Below are positions 27,847 to 36,420 of a stretch of DNA of 45,422 nucleotides, in pieces (the stretch's first letter is position 1; every line of letters begins with the position of its first letter). The notes under the pieces were generated by a model. That model was not told the origin of the DNA, did not search any database, and saw only the letters and a program-made list of their open reading frames with translations. Position numbers and translations under genes: made by a program. This stretch comes from Flavobacteriales bacterium (GTDB lineage: Bacteria > Bacteroidota > Bacteroidia > NS11-12g > UBA955): contig CANHCW010000001.1 of NCBI GenBank assembly GCA_947459165.1, forward strand, positions 1-45,422, in the 5' to 3' direction.

Positions 27847-30300
27847 TTAATTTTTTGAATAGATATGAATCAGGGCTTGCGTAGGTTGAACGATGAATCC
27901 CCCTCTCAGTCGCACCAAATTGTCTTTATCAAAGCCGGAAGACCATGTGGACTTGAGCTCACCACCAAATTCCTTGAGAATTGGATACAATGCTCCCGGT
28001 TCCACAACATCATCCACGATGGTCTTACTTCCCCTGTTTATGGCCATCACAGCCATTTCATTGAGATATTGGCGCACAACCACAACCTGAGAATCATTGC
28101 AGGTTACTAATTTGTAATCGCCGTAGCAAAGGGCCATACTGCCGGTTCGCAGATTCGCCAGTTCAGAAATTTTGTTTTTGAATTCGGTTTGCTGCCGGGT
28201 TAAGCCTGAAAACTGCATCATATTGCGATTTCCCGGGTCGTTTCCCCCGGTCATTCCTATTTCATCTCCATAGTAAATTACCGGAATTCCTGGCGCTGTA
28301 AAAAGCCAACTGTAAAACTGAAGAAAGCGGGTGTAGGCAGTATCTGATTTCAAAGGCAAATCTCGGGTATGCCCTATTTTTTTTAGTTCATTCCAGCTCA
28401 TGTTGCTATGTAAAGAACCGTCTGCCCACGACATAAACCTGGGTTTATCCTGATTTCCGGTGATGTTTCCCATAAGGTGGTGATGCCCGTAACGATCGAG
28501 GCTTTTTAACTGCTCATTCACCAAAGATTGAAGTGAACCACCTTGCGCAAAAGTTCTTAGCATGGCATCATACAGGTTAAAGTCGAATTGGGCGTCAAGC
28601 AATCCGTGACCAAGGTAAGAACCGATGAGTGCGGAACCGCCATATGTTTCGCCAATCTGATAAATGCGTTGTTTTCGTTTGGGCTCAATTTCGGTGCGTA
28701 TTTTGGCCGTGAGCAGGCGGGTGAAATTTTCCGGAATGTGCTTGGTGGCATCGTGGCGAAAGCCGTCGAATTCAAACTCCTTGAGCCAATAAAGTGCGGA
28801 ATCAACCATGTAGTTCGCCACCTCAGTTCTTCCCAAATCCAGAGTAGGAAGAAAAGTGTCAAACCAGGTCGTGAGCCTTTGTTCATCCCATAATTCTGTA
28901 TTCATGCGCCCATCGGGCAAATACAAGGGTGTAACCCAGTCGGGGTGAAGCTTGTAAATGGGATGTTCTTTGTGAACATGGTGTGCCACATAATCGAGGT
29001 ACACATTGTTGTTTTTTCGGTGCGCCGAAGTGAGCATTTGCCTCAACTGTTCAGCATTGCCAAATCGTTCATCCAGCAGTGTATTGCTCACAGGCCAATA
29101 TCCATGGTAGGCGCTGAATTTTACCTGCGGATCAGGAAAATCACCCCATGCCCCTTTAGGGTTTTTTGAAATGGGGCTAATCCATAGTGCGTTGCTGCCA
29201 AGACTATCAAAATATCCCGCATCAATTTTTTGTTGAATACCCAAAATGTCGCCGCCCTGAAAATTAGTTCTTTCGGTCACTTTCGGATGTGAAAGCGGTT
29301 TGTCGTTGCTTTTGTCACCGTTGTGAAAACGATCAACAAAGGCAAAGTACATTACAGTTTTTTCCAAATCTTCCCGCGAAAGCAATTTGGCATCGGTTAC
29401 AGGGATTCCAAATTCCAGTGGAATCAGCAAATCATTTCCGTGGACGAACTCGGTGGCAGCGAACACGCGAATAAAACTGCGTTTTGTGTTTTTGGCCTCC
29501 TGAGGTATGCTAAGTGCTGTTTCACTTCCCGCAGATCGTGATCTAAAAATAACCTGATTGTTCCACAATGCAATCAGGTTCAATTTTGAATCATTGAGGT
29601 TTTCGGCTTGTCTGATCAGAAGACTGGATGGACTTGTAATTGCTTCGATATGTGGCGAAGGACGCGTTTCTTTCACCGTCAGCACTGAATTTTCCCCTCC
29701 CATTCCGTTGCTTCTTTTCAGCGCATTCTGAGGATCGAGTATGCTGTTGCCGTTTACAACAAGCTGATAGCTGTATTCACCGGGTTCGAGCATTAAGGTT
29801 GTACGGTAGATGTTATCACTGTTTTCAGTGAGTGGTGTTGATTTATCGTTCCAGCTGTTAAAATCGCCCTTTACAAAAACCCGGTCGGAAGGTTTGCCTT
29901 TGAAACTCAATTGAACAGGTATTTTCACCGGTTTTTTCAACACCAGATCACAACGGGTCTTGTCGGTAATATTTAACAATGGAATATCAAATAAAACTCC
30001 GTTGTCGGTTCTGCTGGGGCAAACAATTTTCAGTTCAGGTATATTATTATAAGATAAAACAGTAAGCAGGTTTTCAGATTCTTTTATTTGTTCGTGATTC
30101 GGGTTCACATACAAATTCACACATTTACCAGGAAAAATATCTCCATTGGCTATTGTTGTTGTATCTCCGGTGAGCCAGACGGGCATAACCGGTGCCGATA
30201 ATGAGGCATACGGAATGCTTCCTTTTTGTTTTTTAAACAGTCCGCATGAGCTTAAAGATAGAGAAAGCGATGAAAGCGCTATGCATTTAATGAAATTCAT
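27847..30300 (-). CDS. GH13 alpha-glucan hydrolase lipoprotein with CBM48/E-set-like module (amylase/pullulanase type)
   Basis: Lipobox LSLSLSSC-G. CBM48-like VFVKGDFNSWNDKS...GEYSYQLVVNG. GH13 regions VYLDYVAHH, FDGFRHDATKH, YQIGETYG, GNQDKPRF. Confidence 0.8.
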   Translation of the reverse strand: MNFIKCIALSSLSLSLSSCGLFKKQKGSIPYASLSAPVMPVWLTGDTTTIANGDIFPGKCVNLYVNPNHEQIKESENLLTVLSYNNIPELKIVCPSRTDNGVLFDIPLLNITDKTRCDLVLKKPVKIPVQLSFKGKPSDRVFVKGDFNSWNDKSTPLTENSDNIYRTTLMLEPGEYSYQLVVNGNSILDPQNALKRSNGMGGENSVLTVKETRPSPHIEAITSPSSLLIRQAENLNDSKLNLIALWNNQVIFRSRSAGSETALSIPQEAKNTKRSFIRVFAATEFVHGNDLLIPLEFGIPVTDAKLLSREDLEKTVMYFAFVDRFHNGDKSNDKPLSHPKVTERTNFQGGDILGIQQKIDAGYFDSLGSNALWISPISKNPKGAWGDFPDPQVKFSAYHGYWPVSNTLLDERFGNAEQLRQMLTSAHRKNNNVYLDYVAHHVHKEHPIYKLHPDWVTPLYLPDGRMNTELWDEQRLTTWFDTFLPTLDLGRTEVANYMVDSALYWLKEFEFDGFRHDATKHIPENFTRLLTAKIRTEIEPKRKQRIYQIGETYGGSALIGSYLGHGLLDAQFDFNLYDAMLRTFAQGGSLQSLVNEQLKSLDRYGHHHLMGNITGNQDKPRFMSWADGSLHSNMSWNELKKIGHTRDLPLKSDTAYTRFLQFYSWLFTAPGIPVIYYGDEIGMTGGNDPGNRNMMQFSGLTRQQTEFKNKISELANLRTGSMALCYGDYKLVTCNDSQVVVVRQYLNEMAVMAINRGSKTIVDDVVEPGALYPILKEFGGELKSTWSSGFDKDNLVRLRGGFIVQPTQALIHIYSKN

Positions 30301-32591
30301 TCAATGTGAATATGGTGATCTTTCAATACTTTGAATTCTTGTCCATAGCAAGCGATGGTAGAGTCCGGGCCTTCCAGATTTTGAACGGAAATGGATCGGT
30401 TTTTAATTTGAATGCCAAAAAGATTTTCTCTGAAACGAAGTTGAAACCGAATACTATGCCATTTCTCAGGTAAAGCGGGATTTAAATGTAATTTTTCATT
30501 GCGTACACGAATACCCGCAAATCCTTTGCTGATGGTCATCCAGGTTCCGGCCATACTGGTTATGTGACAACCATCGCAGGTATCGTTGTTAATGTCATTT
30601 AAATCGAGACGAGCCGTGCGCAGGTAAAACTCATAGGCCTTTTCCCTGTTTCCGATTTTATTGGCCAGAATGCTGTGAATGCACGGGGACAACGAGGATT
30701 CATGCACGGTGAACGGTTCGTAAAAGTCGAAATGACGGCGGTGGACTTCCATGTCAAAATCGTCTTCAAAAAAGTAAAATCCCTGCAATACATCGGCCTG
30801 TTTGATATAACAGCTTCTGAGTATTCGATCCCAGCTCCAGTGTTCTACAATGGGTCGCTGTGACGATGGTAGTTCAGATACGGGAATGAGTTCTTTGTCT
30901 AAAAAGCCATCGTGCTGAAGAAACACATTGCGTTCCGCATCAAACGGAAAATACATGTTTGACTGGATGTTCAACCATTGCTCAACTTCAGAAGAATCCA
31001 GTTCGGTTTTTGCTTTAATTTCAAGTAACCTTTTACTGGTGGCTTTGCTTAGCTTATTGTATTGTTCTGCTGCATAACGCATGCACCATGCTGCAATGTA
31101 ATTGGTGTACCAGTTATTGTTTACATTGTTTTCAAACTCGTTTGGACCGGTTACACCCAGCATCACGAATTTTTTTTTATCATTGGACCAATTTACCCGC
31201 TGTGCCCAGAATCGCGCGATTCCAATCAGTACTTCCAGTCCGTTTGAAGCCATGTAATCTTCATCGCCCGTGTAGCGGATGTAATCGTAAATGGCATAAG
31301 CTATGGCACCGTTGCGGTGAATTTCTTCAAAAGTAATTTCCCATTCGTTGTGGCATTCTTCCCCATTCATGGTAACCATGGGGTACAAGGCTGCCCCGTT
31401 TTTAAAACCGAGTTTTTCGGCATTTTCAATCGCTTTTGGCAGTTGCTGATAGCGGTATAGCAAAAGATTGCGTGCAACTTCGGGTGAAGCAGTTCCCAGG
31501 TAAAACGGAATGCAATAGGCTTCTGTATCCCAATAGGTACTGCCACCATATTTTTCGCCGGTAAATCCTTTGGGGCCAATGTTCAGGCGAGCATCGTCGC
31601 CGGTGTAGGTTTGAAAAAGCTGGAAGATATTGAAGCGAATCGCCTGCTGTGCTGATTCATCGCCCTCTATTTCAATATCGCAGTTTTTCCAGATGGCTTT
31701 CCAGGCGGAATATTGTTCATCTTTGAGTGTTTCAAATCCTGCCTGATAGGCCTCGTTAATTTCCCTAATTCCCTGATTCGCAAAATCTTCCCGTTTAACA
31801 TACAAATCACTCAGGATGATGCTGTATTTATCGAAATTCAGTGTTTCTCCTGCTTTCAGCCGGAATTCGTATTCCATGCCTGCATAAAGCTCATGGTTTG
31901 TGCCGTTGGATTTAACAGCCGCCATGCCGCTGTTCCATTTGTGTTGGCATAAGGCATATACACCGAAGTTTGTTTTGCGGGTTTCCTGCGACAGCCAGGC
32001 AATGGGCTGTTCATGAAAATCCGCCTTTGTGTTTTGCCAGAAGAATTCATCGTAATTGGCATCTTGATTTCGAACATCGCCGTTCAGCCCGCTTTTAATG
32101 TGGATTGTGCAATCCTCTTCGGCAGTTAAGCTGTAGCGAATAACCCCCAGGTTTTTGCGGTGCATACTGCAAAAACGCTGTGTTTTTGCGCGGATGGTTT
32201 TGTCTGCTAATTTAACTGTGAATTCCCTGTTCAACACCCCTGCCTGCATGTCCAGTTCTCTTCTGAAATGCAATGGTGTATGCTTGGCCAGATCTATTTC
32301 AGTTCCATCAATGGAAATTTCAATGCTGCTCCAGTTTACTGAATTGAGCACCTTGGCAAAGTATTCGGGGTAGCCGTTTTTCCACCATCCCACGCGGGTT
32401 TTATCGGGGTAATAAATGCCTGCAATGTAGGAACCTCTTAGACTTAAACCTGAATAGGTTTCTTCAAAGTTGCCTCTTTGGCCCATTCGACCATTTCCAA
32501 TGCTGAAAATACTTTCTGAAATTTTACTGTTTTCGGGATGAAAACCGTCTTCAACAATCTTCCAGGGTTTTATCGAGATGTAATCCTTCAT
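30297..32591 (-). CDS. GH65 glycoside phosphorylase, most likely maltose phosphorylase
   Basis: 764 aa. GH65 catalytic-region motif GVTGPNEFENNVNNNWYTNY. Sits immediately upstream of beta-phosphoglucomutase, with ATGA overlaps on both sides. Confidence 0.8.
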   Translation of the reverse strand: MKDYISIKPWKIVEDGFHPENSKISESIFSIGNGRMGQRGNFEETYSGLSLRGSYIAGIYYPDKTRVGWWKNGYPEYFAKVLNSVNWSSIEISIDGTEIDLAKHTPLHFRRELDMQAGVLNREFTVKLADKTIRAKTQRFCSMHRKNLGVIRYSLTAEEDCTIHIKSGLNGDVRNQDANYDEFFWQNTKADFHEQPIAWLSQETRKTNFGVYALCQHKWNSGMAAVKSNGTNHELYAGMEYEFRLKAGETLNFDKYSIILSDLYVKREDFANQGIREINEAYQAGFETLKDEQYSAWKAIWKNCDIEIEGDESAQQAIRFNIFQLFQTYTGDDARLNIGPKGFTGEKYGGSTYWDTEAYCIPFYLGTASPEVARNLLLYRYQQLPKAIENAEKLGFKNGAALYPMVTMNGEECHNEWEITFEEIHRNGAIAYAIYDYIRYTGDEDYMASNGLEVLIGIARFWAQRVNWSNDKKKFVMLGVTGPNEFENNVNNNWYTNYIAAWCMRYAAEQYNKLSKATSKRLLEIKAKTELDSSEVEQWLNIQSNMYFPFDAERNVFLQHDGFLDKELIPVSELPSSQRPIVEHWSWDRILRSCYIKQADVLQGFYFFEDDFDMEVHRRHFDFYEPFTVHESSLSPCIHSILANKIGNREKAYEFYLRTARLDLNDINNDTCDGCHITSMAGTWMTISKGFAGIRVRNEKLHLNPALPEKWHSIRFQLRFRENLFGIQIKNRSISVQNLEGPDSTIACYGQEFKVLKDHHIHIE

Positions 32592-33247
32592 GCTGAATGC
32601 ATCAGTTCTTTAATGCTATCAATGGTGAAGCCCTGCAATCCGGTTGTGCAGATGTCTGCCAAATTCAGTTCTGCAGGGTTTCCAAGTCCCCAAACCCACA
32701 TGCCTGCTTTTTTACCTGCTTGTACGCCGGCAGGAGCATCTTCAACAACAAGGCAGTTTTCAGCCGCTTTTCCCATAAATTCGGCTGCTTTAATAAAAAC
32801 CTCCGGATCGGGTTTGGTTTTGGCAACCATATTTCCGTCAACAATGGCGGTAAAGCGTCTTTCCAGCCCAATTTTGCGCAGAATGAAACGAGCATTTTTC
32901 GAACTGCTGCCCACAGCCAGGCTCAGTCCACGGGAATCCAGGTCATTCAAAAAATCTGTTACGCCGGGCAATATGTCTTTGGCAGAGAGATTTTCAATCG
33001 ATTCAAGATACCTGTTATTTTTTTCTTCAAGCAGTTTTAGTTTATCTGCCTTACTGATGTTTGAATTCGCCCAATTACATATTAATTCCAAACTTTCGCT
33101 GCGGCTTACCCCCTTTAATTTTTCGTTGTGTTCGTGGGTTAGATTCAGCCCCAACTTAAAAGCAATTTCTTTCCAGGCAAAATAGTGATGACCTGCCGTA
33201 TCTGTAAGTACGCCATCCAAGTCAAAAATTACAGCTTTGATATTCAT
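32588..33247 (-). CDS. pgmB: Beta-phosphoglucomutase (HAD superfamily)
   Basis: HAD motif I AVIFDLDGVLTDT, motif II VGSSSKNA, motif III/IV KTKPDPEVF...VVEDAPAGVQAGKKAGM. Confidence 0.85.
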   Translation of the reverse strand: MNIKAVIFDLDGVLTDTAGHHYFAWKEIAFKLGLNLTHEHNEKLKGVSRSESLELICNWANSNISKADKLKLLEEKNNRYLESIENLSAKDILPGVTDFLNDLDSRGLSLAVGSSSKNARFILRKIGLERRFTAIVDGNMVAKTKPDPEVFIKAAEFMGKAAENCLVVEDAPAGVQAGKKAGMWVWGLGNPAELNLADICTTGLQGFTIDSIKELMHSA

Positions 33248-34113
33248 TCTCTTGCGTCCGCCGTTTCGGTTCGCATATTCAAGTGGAACTTCAATAAAGA
33301 CCGGGCAGGATTTTTATCTATAACACCAATTCTAAATCCCCTTTCACCGGCTATGCGGTGCATGATATCACTGAAAAAGTGAGCTACAGAACCTACAAAA
33401 TGAACTGGCACATCGCGGTAATTTGGGTAACACGCAATGTGAATTTCCGCAAACCGATTCAAACCATTGTAAACCATGTTTTTAACATAAGAATGTTCCC
33501 TGTGTGGAACCAAAAACTTCATGAAGGAAGCGAGAAAAACATTGGCATGAGGATTACCATAAACCGAATTAAAAATATCTTCTTTGGTCAGTGAGTAGGT
33601 TTCTTTAAAGCTGCTATCGAGTTCCGGGGGAAGACGATGATAGAGAAAATCGGAGACAATCTGTTTTCCGAAATAAGAGCCGCTGCCTTCATCGCCAAGA
33701 ATGAAGCCCAAGGCGGGAACGATTTCACTCACCAGTTTTCCATCGTAATAGCAACTATTGCTTCCTGTTCCTATGATACAGGTTATGGCAGGCTCTCCTT
33801 TCCAGGTGGCAAATGCCGCCGCATATAAATCATGATTCACAGCGCATTCGGCATTTGGGAAAGCTCTTTTTAAAGCATCAAGAACAATGCTATTTCTTTC
33901 ATTGCTTGAACAACCCGCACCATAAAAGTAAACAGCCTCAATACAATTGGCGTGCTCAGTTAATATGCCATTATTCTGAATGTGCGTGTAAATTTCGTCG
34001 GTTGAAAAGAAGAATGGATTGAAACCAACAGTGTGTGTTTCAATGACATCGCCGTTTTCACGACTTAACAACCAATCACATTTGGTGGATCCGCTTTCTG
34101 CAACAACAATCAT
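33244..34113 (-). CDS. BadF/BadG/BcrA/BcrD-type ATPase; N-acetylglucosamine-kinase-like sugar kinase (predicted glucokinase role)
   Basis: ASKHA motifs VAESGSTKCDW, IIGTGSNSC, LGDEGSGSYFG. It is the first gene of the 5-gene operon. Confidence 0.65.
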   Translation of the reverse strand: MIVVAESGSTKCDWLLSRENGDVIETHTVGFNPFFFSTDEIYTHIQNNGILTEHANCIEAVYFYGAGCSSNERNSIVLDALKRAFPNAECAVNHDLYAAAFATWKGEPAITCIIGTGSNSCYYDGKLVSEIVPALGFILGDEGSGSYFGKQIVSDFLYHRLPPELDSSFKETYSLTKEDIFNSVYGNPHANVFLASFMKFLVPHREHSYVKNMVYNGLNRFAEIHIACYPNYRDVPVHFVGSVAHFFSDIMHRIAGERGFRIGVIDKNPARSLLKFHLNMRTETADARE

Positions 34114-34129
34114 AAATTCCTTAGATTGG

Positions 34130-34137
34130 CAAACTTA
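34130..34137 (-). promoter_or_regulatory. Candidate -7 box (TAAGTTTG on the minus strand) for the kinase-pgmB-GH65-GH13-GH13 operon
   Basis: The reverse complement of 34130-34137 is TAAGTTTG, identical to the MFS -7 box. It ends 16 nt upstream of the ATG at 34113. Confidence 0.4.
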
Positions 34138-34155
34138 GTGTATTTTGTACACAAA
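34135..34155. promoter_or_regulatory. Operator-like site TTAGTGT-attttgt-ACACAAA (GTGT-N7-ACAC core)
   Basis: Same core and spacing as the two strong palindromes. Abuts and overlaps the minus-strand -7 box. Also contains TGTACA and a TTAGT...ACTAA outer repeat. Confidence 0.35.
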
Positions 34156-34236
34156 CTAAAATCAATTTGTTTGGATAAACTATTCACACCTGAAAATGCG
34201 GTAAAAATAATGAACATTCAATGAGTGTTGAGTTTC

Positions 34237-34244
34237 TATATTTG
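34237..34244 (+). promoter_or_regulatory. Candidate -7 box (TATATTTG) for the Nudix-type regulator gene
   Basis: Matches TAnnTTTG and ends 19 nt before the ATG at 34264. It lies downstream of the GTG at 34225 used by the ORF track, which argues for the 34264 start. Confidence 0.35.
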
Positions 34245-34263
34245 CCTTCGCAAGATACCCCCG

Positions 34264-34974
34264 ATGACCGAACCCCGCATTAACCCCAATGTATCCGTTG
34301 ACTGTGTTATCTTTAGCTTTGAGGACGATGGACTGGAAGTTTTGCTGATTGAACGAAATGCCGGCCAAAATCGGATAGAAGATGATTTGCTGGCACTGCC
34401 CGGAAACCTTATATACGAAGATGAAACTCTGGATGCGGCCGCAAACCGCGTTTTGCGCGAATTGACCGGTTTGAAGAATATTTATTTGGAACAGGTTTAT
34501 ACATTTGGCGATCCGGCACGCATAAACAAACAAAAAGATCAGGACTGGCTGCACAGTATCCGGGCGCATCCCGAGGCAAGGGTGATTACCGTGGCCTATA
34601 CTTCTTTGGTTAAAAAATCAAACTTTAAGATTTCACCCAGTTCGTTCGCAAGGCAAGCCATGTGGGTGAAGGTTAAAGAAGTTCCCCAACTTGCTTTCGA
34701 CCACAATGCCTTGCTTGAAAAGGCGTTGGAGTACTTAAAACATAAAATTTATATTGAACCTCTGGGTTATGAATTGTTGCCCGAAAGATTCACACTGGCG
34801 CAGCTGCAAAAATTATACGAAGCCATTCTCGACGATCATTTTGATAAGCGAAATTTTCGCCGGAAGGTACTGAGAACATCCTTTATCATTCCATTGAACG
34901 AGAAACAAAAAGGTGTTGCACACAAACCGGCGGGGCTTTATCGTTTCGATAAATCGAAATTTCACAAAATCTAG
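34264..34974 (+). CDS. NrtR/AraR-like transcriptional regulator: degenerate Nudix domain + C-terminal winged helix
   Basis: Nudix-box remnant GNLIYEDETLDAAANRVLRELTGL lacks the REUXEE glutamates. The C-terminal LPERFTLAQLQKLYEAILDDHFDKRNFRRKVL is typical of the NrtR-family wHTH. Confidence 0.7.
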   Translation: MTEPRINPNVSVDCVIFSFEDDGLEVLLIERNAGQNRIEDDLLALPGNLIYEDETLDAAANRVLRELTGLKNIYLEQVYTFGDPARINKQKDQDWLHSIRAHPEARVITVAYTSLVKKSNFKISPSSFARQAMWVKVKEVPQLAFDHNALLEKALEYLKHKIYIEPLGYELLPERFTLAQLQKLYEAILDDHFDKRNFRRKVLRTSFIIPLNEKQKGVAHKPAGLYRFDKSKFHKI

Positions 34975-34995
34975 TGATTCTGCGACCTGTCTTAT

Positions 34996-35016
34996 AAAGT
35001 GTAAGTTTGACACTTT
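34996..35016. promoter_or_regulatory. Perfect 21-bp palindrome AAAGTGT-aagtttg-ACACTTT (candidate operator) enclosing a -7 box TAAGTTTG (35002-35009)
   Basis: 7/7 complementary arms read directly from the sequence. Ends 43 nt upstream of the MFS transporter ATG. Confidence 0.5.
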
Positions 35017-35059
35017 GCTGTTTATTGCATACTTTGCGAAACTTCTAATTTGAAAAACA

Positions 35060-36415
35060 ATGGAAAAGAAACCCCGTCTGTCGGTTGCTGAAATAGTTTG
35101 GATGAGCTTTGGATTTATGGGAATTCAATGCGGTTTTGGTCTGCAAAACGGCAATGCCAGCCGAATTTTGGAAGATTTTGGAGCCAAAGTGCATGAACTA
35201 AGCTGGTTTTGGCTGGTGGCTCCGCTGACCGGCATGCTGGTGCAACCATTGATTGGTTATTTCAGCGATAATACCTGGACAAGACTGGGACGAAGAAAAC
35301 CTTATTTTCTGGCCGGAACCTTGCTGTGCTGCATTGCAATAGTGGTTTTACCCAACAGTGCTGCCTGGTTCGCAGGAAAATCGGCGTTGCTGTTCGGCGC
35401 CCTATTTCTAGCCTTGATGGATGCCAGTATCAATGTGGCTATGGAGCCATTTCGAGCTTTGGTTGCCGATAATTTGGGCGACGAACAACGCACCCTTGGC
35501 TTTAGTATTCAAACTTTTCTGATTGGTATAGGTGCTGTTTTGGGAAGCTGGTTGCCCTGGATGATGACAAACCTGTTTCATGTGAGCAATGTAGCTCCAC
35601 GGGGCTATGTGGCCGACAATGTTGTGTATTCTTTTTACGCAGGTGCAGCCTTCTTTCTGGCCAGCATTCTGGTTACGATACTGTTTGCCCGCGAATACGA
35701 TCCCGAAACCTACGCCCGTTATCATGGAGAAAAGCAATCAGACGACAAAGCAGGTTTGTCAGAAATTTTTCGCGATTTCGGTAAAATGCCCAAGGCCATG
35801 CTACAATTGGGGCTTGTTCAGTTTTTCAGCTGGTTTGGACTGTTTTGCATGTGGGTTTATACCACCAAAGGAATTGCTGAAAATGCATACGGCTTGCCCG
35901 TTGGAATATCGGAGTATGATGGCGTCCAAAAGGCAGTGTTCGGCAAAGCCGGCGACTGGGTTGGCATATTGTTTGGCATTTACAATGGTGTGAGTGCCAT
36001 TTATGCTCTGGTATTACCGGCAATCGTGAGGTTGATTGGCAGAAAGCAAACCCATGCTTTATCGCTGGTTTGTGGTGGAATGGGTTTAATTTCCATGTTT
36101 TTCATTACCAATCCCAACAACCTCATTTTTAGCATGATTGGAGTGGGAATGGCCTGGGCAAGTATTCTGGCCATGCCTTATGCTATTCTGGCCGGAAGCA
36201 TACCTGCAGGTAAAATGGGAATTTACATGGGTATTTTCAATTTTTTCATCACCATTCCTCAAATTACCAGCGCTTTACTTGCGGGACCGATGGTTGCTTT
36301 CATATTTGGCAACCAAGCCATCTATGCTTTGTTGACCGGCGGCGCCATGATGCTGTTTGCCGCTGTTTCCATGATTTATGTGAATGACGGCAGGTTAATC
36401 CGAATGAAAGATTGA
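35060..36415 (+). CDS. MFS sugar:cation symporter (GPH/SLC45-like; predicted maltose/maltodextrin inner-membrane importer)
   Basis: 12 predicted TM helices. GYFSDNTWTRLGRRKPY loop motif typical of GPH/sucrose-type transporters. The locus context supports the role. Confidence 0.75.
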   Translation: MEKKPRLSVAEIVWMSFGFMGIQCGFGLQNGNASRILEDFGAKVHELSWFWLVAPLTGMLVQPLIGYFSDNTWTRLGRRKPYFLAGTLLCCIAIVVLPNSAAWFAGKSALLFGALFLALMDASINVAMEPFRALVADNLGDEQRTLGFSIQTFLIGIGAVLGSWLPWMMTNLFHVSNVAPRGYVADNVVYSFYAGAAFFLASILVTILFAREYDPETYARYHGEKQSDDKAGLSEIFRDFGKMPKAMLQLGLVQFFSWFGLFCMWVYTTKGIAENAYGLPVGISEYDGVQKAVFGKAGDWVGILFGIYNGVSAIYALVLPAIVRLIGRKQTHALSLVCGGMGLISMFFITNPNNLIFSMIGVGMAWASILAMPYAILAGSIPAGKMGIYMGIFNFFITIPQITSALLAGPMVAFIFGNQAIYALLTGGAMMLFAAVSMIYVNDGRLIRMKD

Positions 36416-36420
36416 AAAAT

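Noticed and set aside
32538-33185. 215-aa ORF (and the 147-aa ORF at 32597-33040) antisense to pgmB
   Set aside because: The opposite strand encodes a complete HAD beta-phosphoglucomutase with all motifs. The antisense translations are S/F/L-rich with no recognisable features.
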